Assembly (NCBI GenBank): GCA_038134595.1
Contig: JAYPVM010000004.1
Location: 157,882 to 221,881, forward strand
From: Pseudomonadota bacterium
GTDB taxonomy: Bacteria; Bdellovibrionota_C; UBA2361; OMII01
Reading direction: 5' to 3'
Length of the DNA stretch: 64,000 bases
Both the position numbers and the translations under genes were made by a program. This document shows positions 19,785-29,149 of the stretch, in pieces. Under the pieces are notes generated by a model. That model made no database searches and was not told the origin of the DNA. It saw only the letters and a program-made list of their open reading frames with translations. Each line of letters begins with the position of its first letter. The stretch's first letter is position 1.

Positions 19785-20867
19785 ATGACACATAATCGTG
19801 ATTCATTTATGCCGCCTCGGTGGATACTGGCAATAGCTGGGCTAACTCTTTTATTTTGGTTGGCGGTGCGACTAAAAGAGATAGTAGTATTACTGGTCAT
19901 AGGTTTTTTTATCGCATATGTACTCGACCCGGTCTTGCGCATGTTTGAGCGATATAGGGTGCCGCGGACGATAGGATTTTTTATTGTGTGCGGTGCTCTC
20001 GTGATTGGAATCGGTGGAGCGATTATACTTGTTGGTCCCATTATCGTAGATGAGTTTCAGAAGCTGACTTCAAATCTGTCTGCATATTTAAACACGAGTC
20101 GACAAAGAGTGCTCCCCGCTCTACGAGAGATTCAAGGCTTTTTACCAGCACCGATTAAAGGGCTGATTGACCTTGATGATATTAACGGAAGCCTTGGGAC
20201 ATTGTTGTCTGGGGTTACAGGGGAAACCCTAAAGAATCTCGGGAAGACAGTACTTGGGTCTCTTCTACACGGATATTCTCAAGCGCTCGCGATGCTGAAT
20301 ATAGTACTCCTTCCTTTTATTGTCTTTTACCTCGCCGTAGATCTTCCCAAATTATACCAATTTGTGATCAATCTTTTCCCATTAACAAAGAGGTCTGGCT
20401 GGATCGGTGTCTTTCGGGAGATAGATGGATACATATCAGCGTATGTGCGTGGACAGATTGTTGTTTGTTGTATCCTATTTGTTTTATACGCGATTGGATT
20501 GGGTGCTTTGGGAGTAGACTTGTGGCTTCTTTTGGCCGCTATGGCCGGCTTTGGCAATATGGTGCCTTATGTGGGAACGGCCTTGGGCATATTTTTTAGT
20601 TCGGTGATGGCGCTCGTTACGTTTGGCAGCTTTACGTATGTTGCATGGGTCTGGGGCATATTTGCATTGGTACAGTTCATGGAGGGAGTATTGATAACCC
20701 CGCGTATTATGGGAGGCTCAATTGGATTGTCTCCGTTAGTTGTGATTCTGTCACTGTTTGCAGGAGGGCAGCTTTTTGGGCTTCTTGGGGTGTTTCTCGC
20801 AATACCGACAGCAGCGGCTCTGCGGGTGCTTATTCGGAACTCGTATCATTGGGCTGTGGATAGTTGA
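19785..20867 (+). CDS. AI-2E family transporter
   Basis: AYVLDP, YVRGQ, VPYVG, Q..EG..ITPRIMG.SIGLSPL, G..G..LAIP. Confidence 0.92.
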   Translation: MTHNRDSFMPPRWILAIAGLTLLFWLAVRLKEIVVLLVIGFFIAYVLDPVLRMFERYRVPRTIGFFIVCGALVIGIGGAIILVGPIIVDEFQKLTSNLSAYLNTSRQRVLPALREIQGFLPAPIKGLIDLDDINGSLGTLLSGVTGETLKNLGKTVLGSLLHGYSQALAMLNIVLLPFIVFYLAVDLPKLYQFVINLFPLTKRSGWIGVFREIDGYISAYVRGQIVVCCILFVLYAIGLGALGVDLWLLLAAMAGFGNMVPYVGTALGIFFSSVMALVTFGSFTYVAWVWGIFALVQFMEGVLITPRIMGGSIGLSPLVVILSLFAGGQLFGLLGVFLAIPTAAALRVLIRNSYHWAVDS

Positions 20868-20884
20868 GCAGGAGGGAGTGCGCC

Positions 20885-21733
20885 ATGAATGGCTCTCGTT
20901 TGATTCGCAAATTAGTTGCGTTAGCATTAGAGGAAGATCTTTCTTACGGCGATATTACCGCGCGATTAACAGTGCCAGAGGATCATCGCTCGAAGGCGAC
21001 TGTATATGCAAAAGAGGCGATGCTTTTCTGTGGCTTTGAGATACTCGAGCCTTTATTACAGGAGGGAAAATGGGATTTTTCAATCCATTCAGCGATCTCC
21101 GATGGAACGCAGCTTCACAGCGGCGATGAGATTGTATCGTTTGAGGGAATAACTAGAGATTTGCTTGCGATGGAGCGAACACTGCTGAATTTTCTGCAGC
21201 GCTTATCGGGGGTTGCCACGCATACACGTGCATTTTGTATGGCCACTTCAGATTTGATTGTTTTAGACACTCGGAAAACTATGCCCGGTTGGCGCGTTCT
21301 TGATAAGTACGCTGTCAGAATCGGTGGGGGACGTAATCATCGATTTTGCCTTGGGGATATGATTTTAGTTAAAAATAATCATATCGATGCATATGGAAGA
21401 GGGTTAGAAGCAACCCTGAAACGAGTTGAAGCCGATAAGCCGCTCTACATGCCTTGGGAGGTGGAGGTTCGAGATCTAGCCGAATTAAAGCTTGCGCTTT
21501 CGTTTAACCCTACGATTATCATGCTAGATAATTTCTCCGATGAGAATGTTGCTGATGCGATGAAGCTAGTTCGAACCATGGATTCTCCTCCGATGATAGA
21601 GGTCTCTGGAGGAATTACGATGGAGCGACTGGAGAAATTGGCAACCTTGGGAGTTGATGCAGTTTCGGTTGGAGGTTTAACTACAAGGGCAAGAAATGTA
21701 GATATTGCAATGAGGATGACAGCTATCGAGTAG
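20885..21733 (+). CDS. nadC: Nicotinate-nucleotide pyrophosphorylase
   Basis: ALEED..YGDIT, ERTLLNFLQRLSGVAT, DTRKT.PG, NHRF.L.D..LVKNNH, EVEV, MLDN, EVSGG. Confidence 0.97.
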   Translation: MNGSRLIRKLVALALEEDLSYGDITARLTVPEDHRSKATVYAKEAMLFCGFEILEPLLQEGKWDFSIHSAISDGTQLHSGDEIVSFEGITRDLLAMERTLLNFLQRLSGVATHTRAFCMATSDLIVLDTRKTMPGWRVLDKYAVRIGGGRNHRFCLGDMILVKNNHIDAYGRGLEATLKRVEADKPLYMPWEVEVRDLAELKLALSFNPTIIMLDNFSDENVADAMKLVRTMDSPPMIEVSGGITMERLEKLATLGVDAVSVGGLTTRARNVDIAMRMTAIE

Positions 21734-21794
21734 CCAAATGTCTATTATGCCGAGTTGTAGTTATTGAATAGCACAAGCATTTGTATCAGGTTAT

Positions 21795-22580
21795 ATGCAG
21801 ACAAAATATGTAGAGATTTTGAGACCAAACGGACTCCAATGGCGACATTTCGGTAGTGTTTCTTCTACTATGGACGAAGCCCGGGTGCTCATAGACACCA
21901 GAAGAGATACGTCTGCGGATTGGTGTGGACTCGTCACTGCCGATAATCAATATCAGGGTCGTGGGCGTCAGGGGCGAAGTTGGGAATCTGCCCAAGAATC
22001 GTGGATGGGAACCTTTGTAATACCAACGTCAAAACCGATTGGGGAGCTTGTCGGATATTCGCTTGGAATCGGCGTTGCTGTAGCTCGGGCCAGCGAGGAA
22101 TTGGGATGTAAGCTCTTTTTAAAATGGCCTAATGACCTCGTTGTCGAGCTAGACAAGCAACTCGCCAAGGTAGGCGGTGTTCTTATTGAGATTGAAGAGC
22201 GGACAGAGACGCGGTTCATTCTTGTTGGACTGGGTCTTAATATAGGTGGCATTCCGTGTAGCTTAAGGCAACAGGCCGCATCATTAGGCGATTTAGCGGG
22301 TCAGAAATTGTCATTGGGAGCGGTCTCTGAGCGACTCGTGACAAATCTTATGAAGGTATCCAGGGGTTTTTTGCATCAGGATTCCTTCGGTTCTCTTCGT
22401 CAAGAGTGGGAAGAGCGAACCTGCTTTCAGCAAGGACGGACAAAGCTCTCGATTTGCGTCGCCGATAAGATGTTGCAAGGATCATATGAAGGACTAACGG
22501 AGAGCGGGGCTTTGCGTCTGCAAACCGACGAATGCGAGCACCATATTCATTCCGGACACATTGAGTCTATCACGTTATAG
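21795..22580 (+). CDS. birA: Biotin-[acetyl-CoA carboxylase] ligase (no N-terminal HTH)
   Basis: SSTMD, QYQGRGRQGRSW, LKWPND, KVGGVLIE, GLGLN. Confidence 0.93.
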   Translation: MQTKYVEILRPNGLQWRHFGSVSSTMDEARVLIDTRRDTSADWCGLVTADNQYQGRGRQGRSWESAQESWMGTFVIPTSKPIGELVGYSLGIGVAVARASEELGCKLFLKWPNDLVVELDKQLAKVGGVLIEIEERTETRFILVGLGLNIGGIPCSLRQQAASLGDLAGQKLSLGAVSERLVTNLMKVSRGFLHQDSFGSLRQEWEERTCFQQGRTKLSICVADKMLQGSYEGLTESGALRLQTDECEHHIHSGHIESITL

Positions 22581-22589
22581 GGATTTGCC

Positions 22590-24398
22590 ATGGGGAATAG
22601 GACTAACAGACCCTTTCCTTATCGAACATTGGCAATGGGAGCCGTGGTATATGTCGGCATTCAGGCCTGTTTTGTTGGAATAGCGGGGGTCTTCGGCAGT
22701 TCAGAGGCGCGGGAACTTCAGGTTGTAGATATTATCCTACGAACCAACGAGTGGATCTTACCTCTTCGCAACGGATTGATACCGTCAAAGCCTCCGCTCT
22801 ATCACTGGTTGGTATCGTTGATGAGCCTCCCATTTGGACGAGTAGACACCTGGGCGGGGAGAATAACCTCTCATGGAGCAGCATCAATTACCTTGCTGTG
22901 TGTGGCATACATTGCCTATCGATTATCTATTTTACTTCGGACATATCAGAGTGATTTTCACGGAGAGCGGACTGCCATAATTGCTGCAGGGAGTTTGAGT
23001 CTAACCTATGGATTTTTTCAGATGGGCGCTCAAGCAATGGTAGATATGACATTTTGCATGTGTGTCTGGCTTGCGTTAATGGCACTGGTTTGTGGCATTC
23101 GAGATGAGAGTAGTAAAGCTTTTCCCCGAATTTCGAGCTCTGGAAGAACTTTCTTTTGGTTCTTTAGTTTCTTGGGTGTTTTAGCGCGTGGTCCCCTTGG
23201 ATTTATTCTGCCGTGTTGTATTGCGTTTGTAGGCGGCATTGTAGCAGTTGGATTTAAGAAAACTCTTCGAGAGTTTGTTCGCCCCAGTATTGGATGGGTG
23301 TTCTTAGGCCTGCCCGTTTGTTGGTATTATGCGGCTTTTCAGGTCGGAGGGCAGTCGTTTTTAGACAGGCAGTTGTTGTTTAAAAATATACAACGATTTG
23401 CGGGTGGTCAGCATGTTAATTCTGAGGCTTGGTGGTTTTATATTCCTTCTTTATTGCGCACCTCATTTCCATGGGGATTGTTGGTAGTAGTATTGGCTAT
23501 TGTTGATCTTTTCTCAAAGAGAAAAGTTGCTTATGAGTCTCACAGTCGCACGTTGCCTTGGGTTTCTTCGATAATCGCCGGGGTAGTTGTAGTGTTAATG
23601 TCATTTTCATCGGGCAAAAGACATTCCTATATGTTGCCTGTACTGCCCCTCATAGCTGTTCAATTTGCAGTGCAATTTTCAACTTTGCTTGATGCTGGAG
23701 GAGCGACGTTTCGAGCGAAGTGTGACGTGTTGTTAAGAAGATTGGAGAGAACCTTGGAGGGGCTTTTAGTGGTTCTTTTAGTTTTAGGATTTGTGGCGAT
23801 AGCGGACGTCTCTGTGCCATATCCGAAACTTGGAGAAGCCCTCGGAGCGATGAAGACGTACGGTAGTCGAGGTGTTCCCATCATCATGTTGATACTTGGT
23901 GGGACGTTCATGTGTCGTCGCATAGACTTAACTGCGCGTGGAAAGCTTGTATGGTTGCGAGCTCTTATTGTGCTTACACTGGCGACATCAGCAGGCACCG
24001 CAGTGAAAGCGCATTTTAAGGGTTTTTGGGAGATGAGTCAGGTGTGGAAATCGACTGCTGTCGCAGATGAGGACTTTGTCGTAGTTAAGGAGCCATACGA
24101 CGAATATTATGATCCAATTCTGTTTTATATGGGTCGCGAGGTAGCTCTCATTCAATCTCCGGAAGATCCTCGTTTTTGTATGAATGGAACCGTATATTTG
24201 GCCCGACGCAGATGGCTTGAGTTAAATCAAGTTATGATTCACGGCTCAGTTATTGAAGTAACGAGACTTCGAGAGCGGCTAGCATCTCTGAGAAACGATA
24301 CTACAAGGGAGCTTGTAGTGTTTCGGTGTCGACCGAGTGCGCATGCGTCTGAGGCACTTCAAACGGCGGCTGTTCTAGCCAAGAATGAGCTTCTCTAA
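22590..24398 (+). CDS. Second ArnT-like membrane glycosyltransferase
   Basis: SEARE..V...I.RTNEWILP, KPPLYHW, MVDM, LARGP, WWFY, KRHSYMLP. Confidence 0.85.
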   Translation: MGNRTNRPFPYRTLAMGAVVYVGIQACFVGIAGVFGSSEARELQVVDIILRTNEWILPLRNGLIPSKPPLYHWLVSLMSLPFGRVDTWAGRITSHGAASITLLCVAYIAYRLSILLRTYQSDFHGERTAIIAAGSLSLTYGFFQMGAQAMVDMTFCMCVWLALMALVCGIRDESSKAFPRISSSGRTFFWFFSFLGVLARGPLGFILPCCIAFVGGIVAVGFKKTLREFVRPSIGWVFLGLPVCWYYAAFQVGGQSFLDRQLLFKNIQRFAGGQHVNSEAWWFYIPSLLRTSFPWGLLVVVLAIVDLFSKRKVAYESHSRTLPWVSSIIAGVVVVLMSFSSGKRHSYMLPVLPLIAVQFAVQFSTLLDAGGATFRAKCDVLLRRLERTLEGLLVVLLVLGFVAIADVSVPYPKLGEALGAMKTYGSRGVPIIMLILGGTFMCRRIDLTARGKLVWLRALIVLTLATSAGTAVKAHFKGFWEMSQVWKSTAVADEDFVVVKEPYDEYYDPILFYMGREVALIQSPEDPRFCMNGTVYLARRRWLELNQVMIHGSVIEVTRLRERLASLRNDTTRELVVFRCRPSAHASEALQTAAVLAKNELL

Positions 24399-25424
24399 TG
24401 CATGAATATCCTGTTTCCATCCGATAGCGATGAGAGTGGAGCCGGAGAACAGTTTGGTGTTACCCGAAGGGTTTATTTCAAGCTCTCCTTGGGGTGAGAT
24501 GACGGCAGATATTCCTACTTTGGCAGTTTGCCGAAGCGAAAGGTCCTTGAGTGTTTTGCCGCATACCTGTGAATTTTCAGGTATGCGGATCTCTTCCATT
24601 TTCCATCCGTCGCGACCTGTCCCGGCTGTTTCGAAAAAATCGGTAACGTTCGGTCGTAAAAGACCATCTGCAAGTCTTCTAGCGGCCAGGCTATAGGTAG
24701 AAACTAGACGGTTAACACCAGCACGCCGCAAGCGTTTTTCTCCAACATCATCTTCTGCCCGGCTTACTATGAACATGGATGGGGATATTTCTCGTGCAGT
24801 TAAAATCACATATAGGTTGTCAGAATCTCTCGGGAGAAGTGTGATGAGTCGACTTGCGCGATCAATTCCAGCAGTGAGCAGTGTGTCGTCAAGTGTTGCA
24901 TCTCCTCGCACAACCGTGAACCCCATGCTCTCAGCATCAAGCGCTCTAGATTCATCAGGTTCAATGATTACAACCTGATTGCCAGCTCGACGGAGCTCTT
25001 CGGCGGCGAATTTCCCCAATCTGCTGAAACCACAAAATATCGTATGTTTTCTTATGTTGCGAAGTTTCTCTTGCACTTTACGTCTCCTATCAAAAAGGCG
25101 AGTCAATTGACCCTCCACGACACTCTGCCATACGCTGCCTAGTACTACTGTGCCGACACCAACCCCGGCAAATATTAAGACGATGGTAAAAGCGCGTCCC
25201 CAAACACTTAAATCATGTATTTCACCGTAGCCGATGGTGGCTAAAGTGATTACGGTCATGTAAAAGGCGTCAAACGGAGTCCAGCCCTCAATAAGCACGT
25301 AGCCAGTGGTGCCAAATCCGAAAATTAGAGCAAGAACAAGCAGATAGAGGGCAATCTTCTGTCGATTGTGTGATGATTGCGCTCCTCCGGAGTGTAGAGA
25401 TGGAATGTGTCTAAAATGATTCAT
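24375..25424 (-). CDS. Two-TM potassium channel with RCK (TrkA-N/TrkA-C) domains
   Basis: Selectivity filter TIGYG; Rossmann CGFSRLG; GDAT; C-terminal TrkA-C (GKTLKDLSLR...INPSG). Confidence 0.93.
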   Translation of the reverse strand: MNHFRHIPSLHSGGAQSSHNRQKIALYLLVLALIFGFGTTGYVLIEGWTPFDAFYMTVITLATIGYGEIHDLSVWGRAFTIVLIFAGVGVGTVVLGSVWQSVVEGQLTRLFDRRRKVQEKLRNIRKHTIFCGFSRLGKFAAEELRRAGNQVVIIEPDESRALDAESMGFTVVRGDATLDDTLLTAGIDRASRLITLLPRDSDNLYVILTAREISPSMFIVSRAEDDVGEKRLRRAGVNRLVSTYSLAARRLADGLLRPNVTDFFETAGTGRDGWKMEEIRIPENSQVCGKTLKDLSLRQTAKVGISAVISPQGELEINPSGNTKLFSGSTLIAIGWKQDIHALEKLILG

Positions 25425-25642
25425 GACTCTTGTGAGTGTAATCTGTCGGTGACTATCAGAAAAGATACCTCGTTAGGGGAAAATCGATTGATTGCGACAG
25501 GGTAGTTCTGTAACGCAAGTTTTCCGGTGGGAGAGCCGGTCGCTCCTACCTCGTCTTGATAGGGATAGGCTATAGTGTCTAAATTACCAAAGGTTTCATT
25601 GGGTTATTTTGTTTATCTCGAGAAGCTGGTATACCACTTTTC

Positions 25643-26887
25643 ATGGACACAATAAATTCTATTACTATTTTGGGATCGTCATCAGGGCGCAATGCAGGAG
25701 ATGCTGCGCTACTGTCAGGTATTATGGATTGTATTGATCGTGCGTGTGGAAAACGCATGTTATACGAGATACCGACCTACTGCCCGCCGTATATCTGGCA
25801 TAACTATCAGAATAAAACACGCCCAATTAGTATGCTGCCGTGGCATGGAACTGTTGGGATGCTGGGCCTCCCAACGTTTAACTCCATCAGGCGGAGCCAT
25901 CTGACTATCATATATGATGCTATGTTGTTTGATAGAAAGCTTTGGAACCCGCTGACTAATTATATGTCTAGTGCATGGGCATATCTTAAGTTTTTGAAGC
26001 GGCGGGGCTCTTTGGTGGGATTCTACAACGTAGGTGCTGGTCCTGTTACGACTCCGTGGGGTAAGAAAATGTTACGAGAGCTAGCCGAGCTAGCTGACTT
26101 TATCACGGTTCGTGAGGTTGATTCTCTCAACTTATTAGCTGATATGGGGATTAACGAAGAAAAGATGTTAGTGACCGCTGATAATGCCATTCCGGTGGTT
26201 GCTTCACCTGAGGAGAAGATTAGAGCGATATTTTCAGAATTACAGATGCCTTTTGGTGAAGATATTCTGGCGATTAATATCAATAGCTATCTTAATTCAT
26301 GGACTGGCTTAGGACAGGATGCGCTCACTTCGGAGGAGTTTATCCGAGTGTACTCCGCTGCTCTTAACGAGTTTTTACAAGAAACTCCATTGCCAGTGCT
26401 TTTTGTTGCTACGCAGCATTCCGATGTTCCGATAACAACAAAATTAATGGAAGCCGTGCATGCGCCAAGGGGTAAGGCTGTATTTTCTAATATTGGGTAC
26501 AATCATCATGATGTAAAGGGTGTGTTGGAACACGTGTCGATGTTGTTCGGTATGCGGTTACACGCTAATATCCTAGCTACTTCAGCGTTAACTCCCGCGG
26601 TGGCATTGGTTTTTCAGCAAAAAGTTAAAAGTTACTACGATCTCCTAGGGCTTTCTAAAAATGTGATGTCTTTTGCAGATTTTTCGAAAGACTCATTGGT
26701 TGCAATGTTGCGCTACGGCTGGGAAAATCGCGTTGCTGTCAAAGATACACTCAGACAGATTATTCCTATTTTGAGCGACGAAACTGCCAAATCAGCAGAG
26801 ATAGTAGCGGCCATAAACAGGGGCGAGGATATCTTAGGGACGATTCAGCGATTGAAGAATATGGGACAGTACGCTCTGAGTGCGTAA
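25643..26887 (+). CDS. Polysaccharide pyruvyl transferase family protein (CsaB/WcaK-like)
   Basis: RNAGDAALL, GAGP, ITVREVDS, VTAD, GMRLHA..A...TP motifs. Confidence 0.85.
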   Translation: MDTINSITILGSSSGRNAGDAALLSGIMDCIDRACGKRMLYEIPTYCPPYIWHNYQNKTRPISMLPWHGTVGMLGLPTFNSIRRSHLTIIYDAMLFDRKLWNPLTNYMSSAWAYLKFLKRRGSLVGFYNVGAGPVTTPWGKKMLRELAELADFITVREVDSLNLLADMGINEEKMLVTADNAIPVVASPEEKIRAIFSELQMPFGEDILAININSYLNSWTGLGQDALTSEEFIRVYSAALNEFLQETPLPVLFVATQHSDVPITTKLMEAVHAPRGKAVFSNIGYNHHDVKGVLEHVSMLFGMRLHANILATSALTPAVALVFQQKVKSYYDLLGLSKNVMSFADFSKDSLVAMLRYGWENRVAVKDTLRQIIPILSDETAKSAEIVAAINRGEDILGTIQRLKNMGQYALSA

Positions 26888-26952
26888 AGTACTTATCGGG
26901 TTTGTATGACACCAACCGCTGGATAGCCCTCTATAGAGCCATTTCTGGGGCT

Positions 26953-27006
26953 CATTGACGCAGTCTTGAACATTGACGCAGTATTGAACATTGACGCAGT
27001 ATTCAA
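26953..27006. repeat. 18-bp tandem repeat x3 (CATTGACGCAGTMTTSAA)
   Basis: Units at 26953, 26971 and 26989, between convergent genes. Confidence 0.9.
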
Positions 27007-27013
27007 CAGATGT

Positions 27014-28456
27014 TTAATCCTGACCAAACAAGAGTTGCTGACGTCTTTTTGTTATTTGGACGGGCGTGCCTGCTGGATATGATCCTGTAAAGCAGGCGTC
27101 ACAAAACGAACCGGGCGTACTCTCTACTGCTCGATAGAGCCCCTCTAACGAAAGGTATGCAAGTGAGTCTACTCCGATGTATCGAGCGATTTCTTCCACC
27201 GAGTGTTGTGCTGCTATGAGTTCGCCTTTTTCGGGAGTGTCAATTCCATAGTAGCACGGGTCTTTTGTGGGTGGGGAGGAGATTCGCATGTGAATCTTAG
27301 AAGCTCCTGCCTGTCGTAACATTCCAACGAGTTTTTTACTCGTGGTCCCTCGAACTATCGAGTCATCAACGACGACAATAGATTTTCCCTTGAGGATTTT
27401 TGGGTTTGCATTAAGCTTGATTTTCACACCAAAGTCCCGGATTGACTGCTTTGGCTCGATGAATGTTCTGCCTACGTAGTGATTTCTAACAAGGCCCATT
27501 TCGTACGGAATACCGGATTGTTCTGAATAGCCAATTGATGCCGGAACGCCTGAATCTGGGACTGCAATCACTAGGTCTGCGTCGATAACTGTCTCTTTAG
27601 CGAGCTCAGCACCCATGTTTTTACGGAGTCGATACACATTTTTTCCGAACACATCCGAGTCTGGTCGAGCGAAATAGACGTACTCAAAAATACATGGCGC
27701 ATGCTTATTGATACCGAATGGAAAGAAGCTGTTTGTAGTTCCATCGGGCAGAATTTCCAACACTTCTCCTGGCTCGATCTCTCTTTGATACTGTGCTCCA
27801 ATCAGGTCAAAGGCACAGGTCTCGGAAGCGATCGTTAAGCCTTGTCCTCCAATGAGTTCACCAAGAGCTAGCGGGCGTAACCCATGTCTATCTCGCGCCA
27901 CGATGAGCCTGTCTTCAAAGAGAATAAGAAGTGAAAAGGCCCCTTCAAGCTGTTGAAGTGAGGCGATTACATTTTCGACCTTAGGAATCGTTGTGTCGCC
28001 GCGAGCGAGCAGGTGGAGTATTATTTCGGTGTCAGATGTGGATGCGAAGATAGAACCGTTACCTATCAGTTTCTTTCTGAGTTGATCGGCGTTGGTAAGA
28101 TTCCCATTGTGAGCAACCCCAACATAGCCCAAAGATACGTCAGCAATGAAGGGCTGTACGTTACTCAGCTTGTTCCCTCCTGCAGTGGTGTAGCGAACGT
28201 GTCCGATCGCCACCTCTCCCGGAAGCCGATTGAAGTCGAAGTTGTTGAAAACGTCGGCAACGAGTCCAGCTCCCTTATGAACGTGAAGATGGGGATCTTC
28301 TTTCCCATTTCGTTTGAGAGAAACGACTCCTGCGCCTTCTTGTCCCCGGTGTTGTTGCGCATACAAGCCTAAGTAGGTCAGGTTCGCGGCCTCTGGATGG
28401 TTCCAAACCGCCATGAGCCCGCACTCATCATGAAATTTATCGAGATTGAATCTCAT
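27014..28456 (-). CDS. purF: Amidophosphoribosyltransferase
   Basis: Propeptide then DECG, QHRGQE, GHVRY, HNGN, CIFEYVYFARPDS, VVVDDSIVRGTT, Fe-S cysteines PCYYG/FCDACF. Confidence 0.98.
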   Translation of the reverse strand: MRFNLDKFHDECGLMAVWNHPEAANLTYLGLYAQQHRGQEGAGVVSLKRNGKEDPHLHVHKGAGLVADVFNNFDFNRLPGEVAIGHVRYTTAGGNKLSNVQPFIADVSLGYVGVAHNGNLTNADQLRKKLIGNGSIFASTSDTEIILHLLARGDTTIPKVENVIASLQQLEGAFSLLILFEDRLIVARDRHGLRPLALGELIGGQGLTIASETCAFDLIGAQYQREIEPGEVLEILPDGTTNSFFPFGINKHAPCIFEYVYFARPDSDVFGKNVYRLRKNMGAELAKETVIDADLVIAVPDSGVPASIGYSEQSGIPYEMGLVRNHYVGRTFIEPKQSIRDFGVKIKLNANPKILKGKSIVVVDDSIVRGTTSKKLVGMLRQAGASKIHMRISSPPTKDPCYYGIDTPEKGELIAAQHSVEEIARYIGVDSLAYLSLEGLYRAVESTPGSFCDACFTGSYPAGTPVQITKRRQQLLFGQD

Positions 28457-29149
28457 ACGTTAGCTCGAATACCTCCGAAAAATTAAAGAGTAAAATAAAT
28501 AATGAATAACATTTCTTCCTCTAAAAATATCGCATCCCCTAGGAAGCGGTACCAGCTAAACCATTTTTGGTCGCAATGCTTTTAAACGCCGTTCGGAGGG
28601 GTGTTCTTCTACTAAAAACATCGTTCGTAGATAATCCGATTACGACTGCCGACCTCATTGGTATCACATAATAGAGCCTAAGTCTTCAGTTGAATCAGTA
28701 GTTTTATGTGCTTGAAGGATGTGGAGTTCGTGAAGAATCTTCACTAGTTGGAAAGCTTATTGTTTAGGAGTCCTTGCTTTCTAGTCCAGGAGTATACCGT
28801 TTCGTGGTACGATCCACTAGATGCTGTAAGCAGAGTGGAAACGAAGTGTGCTTCGACAAATTAGTCATAAAGGATCACCATTTACCTTAATTTTTTGCTC
28901 TACGAATTCTCCCTATAAAATACTGTGTTTGATATTAGTTCCGTTCCATTAAGCAAGTACGAAAAGAAGCCGTCAAAACCCTAGTAGCCAAAAATCAAAT
29001 AGGGGGACTGTGGCATCTAACTTTAGAGGGGAGAACTATTTGGAGTAGGCCACTGTTGTGCTTGTGGTCTTTGTTCGGGGTCGGTTACGATCTCAATTAA
29101 GTTCGGTCGGAGTAAGGGATACAAAAGAAACGAAGAGGAGAGAGCGTCC

